DNA from: Promethearchaeia archaeon
GTDB lineage: Archaea > Asgardarchaeota > Lokiarchaeia > Sigyniarchaeales > SOKP01
NCBI GenBank assembly: GCA_029856155.1
Contig: JAHQWL010000065.1
Span: 1 to 29,069 of the forward strand
DNA: 29,069 bases
Direction: 5' to 3'
Under the pieces are notes generated by a model. The model saw only the letters and a program-made list of their open reading frames with translations, did not search any database and was not told the DNA's origin. Positions 1-10,466 of this stretch are shown here, one piece after another (position 1 is the stretch's first letter; every line of letters begins with the position of its first letter). Both the position numbers and the translations under genes were made by a program.

Positions 1-1
1 G

Positions 2-241
2 GATTGATTCGCTTGACATACCAGCTTGTATAATGATATCACATTTTTCTCTAATTCTTTTAACAGTCTCGACTTCTTCTCCGCGGGGAAGATGAACATG
101 CGCAACTGCAGCACCAGCTTCATAACATTGTACAATATCTTCAATTAATGCTTCAGTAGTTTGAGCCCAATTCTTAACTTCAGGATAAATCCAAGAATTT
201 GCAGTGGTAGCTGTAATTATTAATTTATCTGATTCTCTCAT
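2..241 (-). CDS. Beta-keto acid cleavage enzyme (BKACE/DUF849, Kce-like), N-terminal part; runs off window
   Basis: Not in ORF track. Manual translation from ATG 241: MRESDKLIITATTANSWIYPEVKNWAQTTEALIEDIVQCYEAGAAVAHVHLPRGEEVETVKRIREKCDIIIQAGMSSESI; has the family's KLIIT start and CYEAGAAxxHxH motif; AAGGAG SD upstream. Confidence 0.85.
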   Translation of the reverse strand, partial: MRESDKLIITATTANSWIYPEVKNWAQTTEALIEDIVQCYEAGAAVAHVHLPRGEEVETVKRIREKCDIIIQAGMSSESI

Positions 242-329
242 CTATTTTATTCTCCTTAATAATGATATATAATTAAATAATGATATACTTGATATTAAAT
301 AATTACATCATTTTTACAAACAATCTTAC

Positions 330-2657
330 TTAAGATGTAATTTTTAACTTAGTCTTCTTTTTATAAAATAGAATTGAATAAATAAATATAATCCCAATTA
401 TTACTAAAAGGTAATATTCATAACCAATTGTTCCCTCAGATCTTAAAACTGGGCTTGGTTTGTTCGGATTATAAATTTCAAAAAAATTACTTACATCATA
501 TACATTGTTAGCATCTGAATCTACAATTTTAATTTGATATTTTTTAGAACTATACAAATCTGAAGATATATACCAACTATAGAATTCATTATTAAGAATT
601 TTACTAGCTATTTTTTGCATAAATTCTCCATTTTTGTATAACATTATATCAACATAGGTAATCTGACCAGTGGACGACCAGCTTATAGACATAGATTCAT
701 TTACGTTTAATGTTTCATATTGATTAGGATTAGATAATTTGATAGAATTTCGTAATAAAATATTAAAACCAGAACTTCCTTGAGCAACATAAATATAAGA
801 ATCGGTGGGAAAAACAGACTGAATACCGCTGGAATTATATTGTCCTGCTTTATAAGGTGAAGAAGAATTAGAAATGTCAACAACATAAAATCCATTATAT
901 GAACTTGCCATATACGCATATTGATCTAAGATTACTACATCATGAATTCTAAGATAATGCTCATAATATTCTCCTATAAGTGAAGGTGCGGATAGATTAG
1001 ACATATCAAGAATTTTTAGTCCACTATAAAAATCTGCAATGTAAGTATATAATCCAGAAACAGAGATACCTCTTAAAACTAGACCAGGATACATATGTCC
1101 GATCTTAACTGGAGCATAAGGATTAGTAACATTTATAATCCATATACCATCAAATTTTTTTGTTATATAAGCAATAGAATCTAAGACTACTATATCATAT
1201 GCACCTTCAATAAAAGCTTTATCAAGTTGCCCTATTTTAGTTGGAGAAAATGGATCAGAAATATTTAGGATCTCCAAACCATCTCTTTCGTCTAAAATAA
1301 ACGCATACGAATCAAGAATAAACATTTTATCGGTGTTCCCCCCATCATTATAATGTCCAATCTTAAGGGGACTAGCGGGATTTGAAATATTATAAATTTC
1401 AAATCCATCATCTCCATCTGCTATATATGCAAATGTTCCTATAACATCTATTTCTTTAGCACAACCACCATCTCTATACTGTGCAATTTCAGTTGGTGCA
1501 AATGGATTGGAGATGTCAATAATTTCTAACCCATCTTCTCCATCCGCCACATAGGCATATGATCCTAAAGTATATACATCATGTGCAAAACCACTGTTTT
1601 TATATTGCCCAATTTCTATAGGCAATGATGGATTAGACACATTTATAATTTCTAAACCATCATTACAATCTGCTATATAAGCATTTGCATCAATAACCTT
1701 TAAATCAAGAGCATGTCCCCCATCATAGAATTCTCCAATCTTAACAGGAGTAGATGGATCAGAAATGTTAATGATTAATAAACCCTCTTCAGCATCTGCT
1801 AAATAAGCATAATGGTCAACAACACAGACTTTATGTAAATATCTTTCATCTCTATATACTCCCACTTTCTTCGGTGCGAATGGATTTGAGATATCTATAA
1901 TTTCTAATCCTTCATAAACGTCTATTAAATAGGCATATAACCCAGAAATATAAATATCGACTACACCCCCTCCATCATTAAATTGTCCAATCTTTATTGG
2001 ATTTGATGGGTTAGAAACATTAAAGATCTCTAAACCATGATCTGCATCTGCAACGTATGCGAAAGAGCCTAAAACTTGAATATCAAATACAGATCCACCA
2101 TCATCATATTTCCCTATGCAAGAAGGGTGAAATGGATCTGAGATATCAATTATAAAAATTCCATTATAGTAATCTGCAACGTAAGCATAAGACCCTAATA
2201 CATAAACTCCATGAGCATAACTACCACTCCAATCACAATGTGCTACAAATGTAGGTTCATGTGGATTTGATACATTTAATATTGATAGTCCATCATCATT
2301 AGGAATATAAGCAAATGAATCGTAAATGAAGATATCTAGTCCATATAAATTAAAATGACTTACTTCTTCGGGTTGAGAAAGATTTGATATATTTATAATC
2401 TCTAACCCATAATCTTCCATAACATATGCAAAAGATCCTGAAACATCTATATACCAAGCATCCCCCCCATCAAAATATTGTGATATTTTTTTAAAACTTA
2501 CGGATGACTGTGATGATTTTAACGTCTCAAGATTTTTATTTAAAAATTCCTTAGTTTCAAAATTAGGTAAAAAAATTGCTGTATTCAACACTCCATTAAT
2601 TATGAAAAACGAAATACAGAGAACTAGAAAACTTCTCTTAAGCGGCTTCATCTTCAT
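330..2657 (-). CDS. Membrane-anchored LVIVD-repeat beta-propeller surface protein with Ig-like domain and C-terminal TM anchor
   Basis: N-terminal signal/TM; ~14 repeats of YAYxAD..GLEIxxISxPxxP; domain ISWSSTG..VDIMLY..YSWYI..YQIKI; ends GY-hydrophobic helix-KKK. Confidence 0.88.
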   Translation of the reverse strand: MKMKPLKRSFLVLCISFFIINGVLNTAIFLPNFETKEFLNKNLETLKSSQSSVSFKKISQYFDGGDAWYIDVSGSFAYVMEDYGLEIINISNLSQPEEVSHFNLYGLDIFIYDSFAYIPNDDGLSILNVSNPHEPTFVAHCDWSGSYAHGVYVLGSYAYVADYYNGIFIIDISDPFHPSCIGKYDDGGSVFDIQVLGSFAYVADADHGLEIFNVSNPSNPIKIGQFNDGGGVVDIYISGLYAYLIDVYEGLEIIDISNPFAPKKVGVYRDERYLHKVCVVDHYAYLADAEEGLLIINISDPSTPVKIGEFYDGGHALDLKVIDANAYIADCNDGLEIINVSNPSLPIEIGQYKNSGFAHDVYTLGSYAYVADGEDGLEIIDISNPFAPTEIAQYRDGGCAKEIDVIGTFAYIADGDDGFEIYNISNPASPLKIGHYNDGGNTDKMFILDSYAFILDERDGLEILNISDPFSPTKIGQLDKAFIEGAYDIVVLDSIAYITKKFDGIWIINVTNPYAPVKIGHMYPGLVLRGISVSGLYTYIADFYSGLKILDMSNLSAPSLIGEYYEHYLRIHDVVILDQYAYMASSYNGFYVVDISNSSSPYKAGQYNSSGIQSVFPTDSYIYVAQGSSGFNILLRNSIKLSNPNQYETLNVNESMSISWSSTGQITYVDIMLYKNGEFMQKIASKILNNEFYSWYISSDLYSSKKYQIKIVDSDANNVYDVSNFFEIYNPNKPSPVLRSEGTIGYEYYLLVIIGIIFIYSILFYKKKTKLKITS

Positions 2658-2795
2658 TAAAAGTATTTTACTATTTTTGAATTAAATTCTAATTAGACTT
2701 CTTTAAGCTAACTAGGAATTATGTTGTAATAAATGTATTTATGATGATTACATTGGATATCGTATAAAGATAGAGAAACCGTAAAAATTGGATCA

Positions 2796-3833
2796 CTATC
2801 GAGATACTCGCCCAGAGGTATCTCCACCCATTAACTTAAAAACTTCATCAACGGAAACTAGGTTAAAATCACCTAATATAGTGTGTTTTAGACAAGAAGC
2901 AGCTACAGCAAAATTTAAGGCATTTTGCAGATTATCTTTATATGTGATTAGACCATAGATTAATCCTCCCATAAAGGAGTCTCCTCCGCCCACTCTATCC
3001 ACGATTGGGTTGATTTCATATTGAGGACCAATATACATATTAGTTCCGTCATAAAGAACCGCTGACCATGTATTATAGCTAGCAGAAATTGATCCTCTTA
3101 AAGTAATTGCAACTTTTTTTAGGTTTGGATATTGTTTAAATATTTCTTCGACTACATATTTATAATTCTCAGCATTAAGTTTTCCCGAAGTCACATCTGT
3201 ATCCGGAGCCTTAATACCTAGAACTTTGTCAGCATCTTCTTCATTGCCAATTGCTATATCGGAATATTTTAGTAAGTTGGGTATTACTTCATTTGGGGTT
3301 TTTCCATAATTCCACAGTTGACTACGATAATTTAAATCGCATGATATTGTAATATTTTTCTCTTTTGCAACTTTTACAGCTTCAAGACAAATTTTTGCCA
3401 GATTCTGTGAAATTGCAGGTGTAATACCAGTCCAATGAAACCAAGAAGCACCTTCAAAAATTTTATTCCAATTAAAATCGTCGGGGCTAGCTTCAGATAT
3501 AGCTGAATGTGCTCTATCATAAATAACTTTACTTGGACGAACAGAGGATCCCATCTCGAGAAAATAGATTCCTATTCTGTTCCCTCCTCTCACGATATTA
3601 TTTGTATTTACGCCAAACTGTCTTAGAAATTGAATACAAGCGTTACCAATTTCATTATTTGGTAATTTCGTTATAAAGTCAACAGGAATTCCATAATTAG
3701 CTAATGAAACCGCAACATTAGCTTCCCCACCGCCATATATTAAGTCAAAAGAGCGAGTCTGGATAAAGCGTTTAAAATTAGGAGGTGAAAGTCTTAACAT
3801 TATTTCTCCAAAAGTAACAACCTTACTGTCCAT
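2796..3833 (-). CDS. kdgK: 2-keto-3-deoxygluconate kinase (PfkB family)
   Basis: FGEIMLRLS, GGGEANVA, WFHWTGITPA, DLNYR, DRVGGGDSF, C-terminal GRVSR. Confidence 0.88.
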   Translation of the reverse strand: MDSKVVTFGEIMLRLSPPNFKRFIQTRSFDLIYGGGEANVAVSLANYGIPVDFITKLPNNEIGNACIQFLRQFGVNTNNIVRGGNRIGIYFLEMGSSVRPSKVIYDRAHSAISEASPDDFNWNKIFEGASWFHWTGITPAISQNLAKICLEAVKVAKEKNITISCDLNYRSQLWNYGKTPNEVIPNLLKYSDIAIGNEEDADKVLGIKAPDTDVTSGKLNAENYKYVVEEIFKQYPNLKKVAITLRGSISASYNTWSAVLYDGTNMYIGPQYEINPIVDRVGGGDSFMGGLIYGLITYKDNLQNALNFAVAASCLKHTILGDFNLVSVDEVFKLMGGDTSGRVSR

Positions 3834-3966
3834 TAGAACCCTTCTTTAAAGAATTTATTCTTAAATTAATGAGTTTTTTCAAATTTTATTTTATAATTCT
3901 ATGATATTTTGAATTATTTATACTTTTTATTTAAATTTATATAGAATTTAAATTTAAAAAAGGATT

Positions 3967-5892
3967 TTAGAGGGTTTTAGTAATATTAATAGTATGATCA
4001 CCATCTTTCTTAGTTCTTATAAAAACTAATTGTTCAGCATCTTTCTTTTCAACATCTCCTTCAGAAACTTTAATCTCATATCCCTTTGGATATTGAATAT
4101 GAGGCACATAAATGATTGTGGGTGCTTCTATTGAAGAGTCAGCATCAAATTCGAAGTTAAAAGTTTTTACTTTATAATTAAAATCCATTTTTAAGGGTAT
4201 ACCAGAGCAGTGAATAAAATGTGGACGGCACAATCCTTCAATTGCTCTACCACCACTATTAATATCATCGGGATTTAATTGTTGATCTCTACTAAAAATC
4301 GAAAGATCTTCAAGATTCCATAGATCACCCCACTCATTAGTGTTGCCAGCAGTATAATTCCATTGAGTTGAATGAAGTAGATTGGCATCTAGAGCATCAT
4401 AATACATTGTTAGCAATTTAATATGTTTTTTCCAAGCTAATTCAGGTTCATTTCTGAATTTTTGATAAGCCTCTTTTTTATTAAGATCATATGGTAGACC
4501 AAATTCCCCTATTAAAGTGGGTATTACCCCATGTATGGCTTTAGCGATACTTTTAATATTACTTAATTGCCGTGTAAACATTTCTTGTACGTTATTTTTT
4601 CCAATGACTACTTTATTCGTTGAGATGTCGTAATTTACTTTTATCATGGAACGTTTAGTGCCAAGCGTGACTCCATCATACCAGTGTCCTGCGTGCACCA
4701 CATTTTTTGGGACGTTAAATGTTAATTCTTCGCCTTTCAATATTCTTATGGGATGTGACTCAAAGAATATTATAGCTTCTGGAATTACTTCTCTAATCCT
4801 TTTGGTATATCTGATAATAAAAGGTGATAAATAATCTTGATAGAAGTCAACTCTTTTATTTTTTCTAACTACAAAATAACCATTTTTTTGAATAATGGGC
4901 TTACCTTCTTCATCTAGTCCCCATACACCTTCTTTTTTCCAAATGTCTTCTTTATTTTCAAGCCAGCATGAAATTTTTCCTTTATTCATTTCATCTCTTC
5001 TTGTCTCTCTGATTCCAAGCCTTTTTATTTCTTTATACCCAACTTCTCTAGTAAAACCCGACCCTGTCAATATGGCGTCTATTGGAGTGAAATCATACCC
5101 CAAACCTTCAGTAAATTTTTCAGTACCAGTTCCATCTACTTTTTTTTCAATCCAACCTTGTTCAGGTTCATTCAATGAATCGAAACCAACAATATAAGGA
5201 TTATTTTTAACTCTTAAAGCAACTTCTCTAATAGAATTAATGTAATGTTGCTGAAAATAATCTTGTGCCTTCATCCCATCAATTATGCAAGAAGGAGCAA
5301 AGTCCTTACCCCCAAAAAATAAAGTCCACATCGTTCCATTAGCAAATCTTAGAGCATTGCTCGACCAATGCATGGCAGGATATGAATCTGAATTATTAGG
5401 GTCATAGCTATATTGCATTACTAAAGCTGCTTCTGCTTCATCAAACTTTGTAAAATCTAAACCAACCTTTTCAAAAGTCCAACCAGGTGCACCATCTCCT
5501 CCCGACATCCTGCTCCAAACATCTTGATGAGGATCTATGAATGTATAAAATTTATAGCTTTCAGCGATCTTTAGGACTTCTTCGAGATAATCTAAGTATT
5601 CTCTATCGTATTCTCCTGGACCACTATGTTCAATTGCTTCCCAGGTTACCAAAAACCTGAGACAATTAAATCCCCAATGCTTCAATCGTGAAAAATGTTC
5701 ATCTGCCTCTTTTAGAGGAAATGGACGACCAACAAAAGAAACATTCTTATGATCACTAAAATTAGTTTTTATATGGGTTGCCCCATTGGGAGAAAAAGGG
5801 ACTTTTGTGCTGCCACCCAAATTCACACCCCTAAGTAAAACAGATCTCCCTTCTTCATCAATGAATCTTTCCTTTTTGATTTTTAGTTTCAT
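3967..5892 (-). CDS. GH5 glycoside hydrolase, endoglycoceramidase/steryl-glucosidase-like
   Basis: LRGVNLGG, WEAIEH..PG.YD, DPHQDVWSR..GGDGAP.W, acid/base NEP, nucleophile IGEFG, WNY; no signal peptide. Confidence 0.88.
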   Translation of the reverse strand: MKLKIKKERFIDEEGRSVLLRGVNLGGSTKVPFSPNGATHIKTNFSDHKNVSFVGRPFPLKEADEHFSRLKHWGFNCLRFLVTWEAIEHSGPGEYDREYLDYLEEVLKIAESYKFYTFIDPHQDVWSRMSGGDGAPGWTFEKVGLDFTKFDEAEAALVMQYSYDPNNSDSYPAMHWSSNALRFANGTMWTLFFGGKDFAPSCIIDGMKAQDYFQQHYINSIREVALRVKNNPYIVGFDSLNEPEQGWIEKKVDGTGTEKFTEGLGYDFTPIDAILTGSGFTREVGYKEIKRLGIRETRRDEMNKGKISCWLENKEDIWKKEGVWGLDEEGKPIIQKNGYFVVRKNKRVDFYQDYLSPFIIRYTKRIREVIPEAIIFFESHPIRILKGEELTFNVPKNVVHAGHWYDGVTLGTKRSMIKVNYDISTNKVVIGKNNVQEMFTRQLSNIKSIAKAIHGVIPTLIGEFGLPYDLNKKEAYQKFRNEPELAWKKHIKLLTMYYDALDANLLHSTQWNYTAGNTNEWGDLWNLEDLSIFSRDQQLNPDDINSGGRAIEGLCRPHFIHCSGIPLKMDFNYKVKTFNFEFDADSSIEAPTIIYVPHIQYPKGYEIKVSEGDVEKKDAEQLVFIRTKKDGDHTINITKTL

Positions 5893-5995
5893 TATATTTA
5901 CAAAAAAGTCCTTCTATAAATAGTATCTCTTTCTAATTAATTTTAATAATCATTTTTATTTTTTAATTTTAAAGGATTTAATATTAACCAAAAGA

Positions 5996-7600
5996 ATGAG
6001 TAGTATTCAAAATACTAACATTATACCTGGACCTGTATTATTAAAAATTTCTACAGGTAAGTTTATATTAACAGAAGGAACCAGAATATATTCAGATAAA
6101 GAGTTACTAAAAGTAAGTGAATATTTAAAGAATTTTCTTCTCCCCGCTACAGGAAATAATTTAATTATAAAAGAAAGAAAAGAAAAAATTGGTAATGATT
6201 CATCAATAAACCTAAAACTAACTGATAACGAAGGAAAATTAGGTTTTGAGGGCTATACCATTGAAATAAGTCCCAAAGAGATCAATATTACTGCACCTTA
6301 CCCGGTTGGTATTTTTTACGGCATTCAAACTCTACGACTGCTTCTTCCTCCCGAAATTGAGAATAATGTTAAAGTAGAAGGCATAGAATGGCAGATTGCA
6401 TGTCTAAAATTAGAAGACTTTCCACGATTTTCTTGGCGTGGATATATGCTTGATGAGGCTCGACACTTTCATGGGAAAGATGTTGTTAAAAAAATGCTTG
6501 ATTTAATGGCTTTATTAAAACTGAATAAGTTTCATTGGCACTTAACAGATGATCAAGGGTGGAGGATTGAGATAAAAAAATATCCTAAACTTATTGAAAT
6601 TGGCTCTAAGAGGGAAGAAACTCAAGAGGGGAGTCGTTTTAGTAAAAAGCGGGACGGACTTTCTCATTCAGGATATTATACGCAAGAGGATATTCAGGAA
6701 ATTATTGAGTATGCTAAAGATAGATTTATTCAAATAATACCAGAAATAGACATACCTGGGCACACCAGGGCTGCTTTAGCTTCTTATCCAGATTTAAGTT
6801 GTAAAGGTTACCCGTTTAGAGTCTCTACACATTGGGGTTTCCATAAGGATGTCATGTGTGTTGGAAAAGAGGAAGTATTTGAATTTCTTCAAAATGTTTT
6901 AAAAGAAATAATAGATTTATTTCCTGCTAATATTATACATATAGGAGGTGATGAAGTACTTAAGGAAAGGTGGAAGTCGTGCCCAGATTGTCAATTACGT
7001 TTAAAAAATGAAGGATTAAAAAATGAAAAGGAATTGCAGCTCTATTTTACGAATAGAATTATAGCTTTTTTAACCAATCTTAAACAGAAAACAGTAATAT
7101 GGAATGATGCTTTAAAGAAGAATTTAGGTGGCCGACCAATTTGTCAGTATTGGTTTAGAGGAAAGAAAGAGGTTCTTGAATATTTAAAGAATGGAGGAGA
7201 TGTGATAATTTCAGATTTTAAATACACTTATCTTGATCATTCATATTCTTTTACTCCACTCAAATTGGCATATAAATTTGACCCCATTCCAAAAAAATTA
7301 GAAGAAAAGTACCATAAGCATGTTTTAGGGTTAGAAGCTCCTATGTGGGGGGAATATACTCCAAACATCAAACGTTTAGAATGGCAGACCTTTCCACGTT
7401 TGATTGTATTTGCTGAAATTGGATGGACACCACAACTTAAAAAGAATTTTAACTCTTTTAAAGAAAGGTTGGACACTTTTCTTAAGAGATTTGATTTATT
7501 AGGAATAAATTATGCAAATTCAAGAGAAGTTAAAGGTAATGTTCTAAAAAGACTTTTTAAAGTATTTACTTTATTAACAGAAGAAAAAGGAGGAACTTAA
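5996..7600 (+). CDS. Beta-N-acetylhexosaminidase (GH20)
   Basis: D.PRFSWRGYMLDEARHF, HWHLTDDQGWR, PEIDIPGH, catalytic HIGGDE, WGE; no signal peptide. Confidence 0.93.
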   Translation: MSSIQNTNIIPGPVLLKISTGKFILTEGTRIYSDKELLKVSEYLKNFLLPATGNNLIIKERKEKIGNDSSINLKLTDNEGKLGFEGYTIEISPKEINITAPYPVGIFYGIQTLRLLLPPEIENNVKVEGIEWQIACLKLEDFPRFSWRGYMLDEARHFHGKDVVKKMLDLMALLKLNKFHWHLTDDQGWRIEIKKYPKLIEIGSKREETQEGSRFSKKRDGLSHSGYYTQEDIQEIIEYAKDRFIQIIPEIDIPGHTRAALASYPDLSCKGYPFRVSTHWGFHKDVMCVGKEEVFEFLQNVLKEIIDLFPANIIHIGGDEVLKERWKSCPDCQLRLKNEGLKNEKELQLYFTNRIIAFLTNLKQKTVIWNDALKKNLGGRPICQYWFRGKKEVLEYLKNGGDVIISDFKYTYLDHSYSFTPLKLAYKFDPIPKKLEEKYHKHVLGLEAPMWGEYTPNIKRLEWQTFPRLIVFAEIGWTPQLKKNFNSFKERLDTFLKRFDLLGINYANSREVKGNVLKRLFKVFTLLTEEKGGT

Positions 7601-7620
7601 ATTAATAATATCAAGTTAAT

Positions 7621-8808
7621 TCATACATATTCTATAGTTGCAGGTGGTTTTGGTGTTACATCAAAATAAACATTTTTTGTTAAGGTGAATTTAAGTAATT
7701 TTTGTGTCAATTCTTTTAACAATTCTATAGGTAATTCAGTAACCGTCGCTGTTCTTGCATCTTTACTGTTAATAGATCTAATAAGAACATCATATTTTCC
7801 TTCAGCTTTACTTCCTAATTCGTATAAAATTCTAGCATATCCTTCTAACTCGGAAGCCTTTTTGATTAGTTCTTTAAAGTCCCAATCTCCTTTTTCACAT
7901 AGAGGTTTCTCATAAGTTCTTTTTCCATCAACAAGTCCCGTAACCTTCTTATTTAGAACATCTTCGCTTATAGCAGCAAAGACTTGAAATGGTTCTTGTT
8001 CGCCATCCTTATTTATAATCATCATTTTACCATACGTTTCTTGGTAATATTTTTCAACTGAAGATTCTATAAGATCATGAAATTTTTTCTCAAAAACAAG
8101 GTTTTCCTCAGTGACTGGTCCTATAATTCTAGCTGAAAGTGCTGGTCCAGGAAATGCTTTTCTATAAATAAGCTCTTGTGGCATATTAAAATATTCAAGG
8201 ATTTTACGGACTTCATGTTTAGTAAGGCTAGCAACAGGTTGGATAGTTGCTTCCACATCATACTCAATTTCAACATTATGTTGACTTTTAACAAACCCTT
8301 CAATATTTTTTTCCATCAATTCTTTTTCGTCCTCAAGACTCATCGTCTCCTTCAAATCAGTAATTTTAACTCCAAAACTTTCTTCAATATCCGGAAGGAT
8401 GGTTCCATCTGCTAATAGATCACAACTTTCTTCGCGAATTATTTTGCTTATGATTTCAGAATAAGCTGCTTTAAAGAGTTTTCGCTTATTTTCAGCATCC
8501 CCCTCACCATATATTTTTGGAAGAAATTCCTTTCTAATATCAATTATTCTTACATCAGGAAAAAGTTTTTGTATATATTCTCGTTCTTCGATACCCTTGA
8601 TAATTCTCATTAAACCATGGTCAATAAATACAGGAATTGTGTTGACTTTTGCTTCTTTTAATAAAAGATATGCCGCAGAACTATCTATACCTCCAGATAG
8701 AGCACAGAAAACTTTTTTATCCTTCGCATGCCTGTTTAAAAATTTAATTGCTGCTTGTACAAACTTTTTAGGTTTTTTGGGGGCATTTATTAGTCTATGA
8801 TTTAACAT
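7621..8808 (-). CDS. guaAB: GMP synthase ATP-pyrophosphatase (B) subunit, divergent
   Basis: PP-loop SGGIDS, FIDHGLMR, KSQHNV, FPGPALSARI, C-terminal DVTPKPPATIEY; no glutaminase domain. Confidence 0.8.
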   Translation of the reverse strand: MLNHRLINAPKKPKKFVQAAIKFLNRHAKDKKVFCALSGGIDSSAAYLLLKEAKVNTIPVFIDHGLMRIIKGIEEREYIQKLFPDVRIIDIRKEFLPKIYGEGDAENKRKLFKAAYSEIISKIIREESCDLLADGTILPDIEESFGVKITDLKETMSLEDEKELMEKNIEGFVKSQHNVEIEYDVEATIQPVASLTKHEVRKILEYFNMPQELIYRKAFPGPALSARIIGPVTEENLVFEKKFHDLIESSVEKYYQETYGKMMIINKDGEQEPFQVFAAISEDVLNKKVTGLVDGKRTYEKPLCEKGDWDFKELIKKASELEGYARILYELGSKAEGKYDVLIRSINSKDARTATVTELPIELLKELTQKLLKFTLTKNVYFDVTPKPPATIEYV

Positions 8809-8943
8809 AGAATAGATAAATTTATACCATAAATTAAGTACTTTTATTAAACGGTTATGATTTATGATTTATTTACATATTTCTGAATGAATTTAATTTT
8901 TAAAAGGCAAAGAAATAATTACGTGACTGAAGTGTTAAATATT

Positions 8944-9807
8944 ATGAATAAAATCAGAAAAATTAGAGTTGCATTAAAGAGTAGACCAACCTTTGAAGGT
9001 GCTGGTGTTCGATTAAAACGCGCATTTGGTTATGCTGATGATTCACTTGATCCCTTTTTACTTCTTGATGATTTTCATTCAGATGATCCCAGAGATTATA
9101 TGGCAGGGTTTCCTTGGCATCCACATCGTGGTATAGAAACAATTACATATATGTTACATGGTAAAATTGAACATGGTGATAGTCTAGGTAATGGTGGTGT
9201 TATAGAAGCAGGTGATGTGCAGTGGATGACGGCTTCATCTGGCATTATACATCAAGAAATGCCTAAAAAAGATAAATATGATACATTACTCTGGGGATTC
9301 CAGCTTTGGGCAAATCTTCCTGCCTCACATAAAATGATGAATCCTAGGTATCGAGAAATTAAAAGTTCTCAAATTCCAGAAATCTCTTTAAATGAAGATA
9401 AAATCAAAATTAAGATTATCTCTGGAGTATTTAACGGAGTCAAAGGTCCTGTGGAAGACATTATTACTGATCCTGAATATCTAGATGTCATGATAAGTCC
9501 ACATTCGGAATTCAACCATCCAATAAGAGAGGGCTATAATGCTATTGCATATATAATTGAAGACGAGGGATATTTCGATGATAAAAAAGAAGAACTAGTC
9601 GGGAAAGAAACCCTAGTAATCTACAGAGATGGAGATACAGTAAATATAAGTACACTTGAAGATGGAGTCCGTTTCTTACTAATTTCTGGAAAACCAATAA
9701 AAGAAAATGTTGCTTGGCGTGGACCAATTGTAATGAATACAGAAGAAGAATTACGTATTGCCTTTAATGAATATCAAAATGGTACATTTACAAAATATCA
9801 TCCATGA
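8944..9807 (+). CDS. Pirin family protein
   Basis: DPFLLLD, GFPWHPHRGIETITY, QWMTA.SGIIHQE, FQLWANLP, GPIVMN; ATG 8944 preferred over 8887. Confidence 0.93.
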   Translation: MNKIRKIRVALKSRPTFEGAGVRLKRAFGYADDSLDPFLLLDDFHSDDPRDYMAGFPWHPHRGIETITYMLHGKIEHGDSLGNGGVIEAGDVQWMTASSGIIHQEMPKKDKYDTLLWGFQLWANLPASHKMMNPRYREIKSSQIPEISLNEDKIKIKIISGVFNGVKGPVEDIITDPEYLDVMISPHSEFNHPIREGYNAIAYIIEDEGYFDDKKEELVGKETLVIYRDGDTVNISTLEDGVRFLLISGKPIKENVAWRGPIVMNTEEELRIAFNEYQNGTFTKYHP

Positions 9808-9906
9808 TTTTAGAATTTAAAAAGATCTTTCCTTTTCTCTCTAATTGTATAATTTTAAATGATTAAGTTATTATCATTTATATAACATTTTAAGAGTTAG
9901 ATAATA

Positions 9907-10176
9907 ATGGAAGAAGAGATCCCTTCAGAAATAAGAGAGAAAATTCATAAGAATGTAGATAAAATATTTGATAAATGGCTTGAAAAGGCTTCTAAAGGTG
10001 AGTCTATAGAGGGAATTGTTAAAAATCTAATGGTTGAAAAAGTTATGAATGTTCTCGGAGCAGCAATGAGGAGAACGGTTGTAAAAAAAATTGCTAAAAG
10101 GGCGATAAAGAAGGCTGTTGATAAATTTTGGGAAAAAAATCGTGAATCAATCCAAGAAAAAATTAAAAATTTATAA
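9907..10176 (+). CDS. Small Lys/Glu-rich helical hypothetical protein (89 aa)
   Basis: A paralogous C-terminal half at 13589-13711 is conserved at protein level, supporting coding status. Confidence 0.8.
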   Translation: MEEEIPSEIREKIHKNVDKIFDKWLEKASKGESIEGIVKNLMVEKVMNVLGAAMRRTVVKKIAKRAIKKAVDKFWEKNRESIQEKIKNL

Positions 10177-10266
10177 ATTTTTTATTCTTTTTCTAAGAAA
10201 ATCTTTCAATATTTTTGATCGAAATAAAATCTAAATTTGAATAATACATAATTTTATAGGTGTTTT

Positions 10267-10299
10267 ATAATCTATAGAAATGATTTTAAGATTTTTGAT
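10267..10299 (+). pseudogene. 5' stub of amidohydrolase copy 1 (IIYRNDFKIFD), separated from the rest of the gene by an insertion
   Basis: aggtgttttataatctatagaaatgattttaagatttttgat aligns ungapped with 13783-13824 (aggtgtattataatatccagaaaagattttaagatttttgat); similarity ends at 10299. Confidence 0.8.
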
Positions 10300-10466
10300 A
10301 TCTTATTGACTACAGAAGTACTATTTCTGAAAAGATTATTCCGCATTTATTATTCTGAACTTAGTAATTTGTAAAAATTATTAATGACTACCACTAATCT
10401 AATAGGCGATTTGCATTTAAATTCCTTTTGAAGCATAGGGGTTGAAAAAAACACAAACTTCACATC

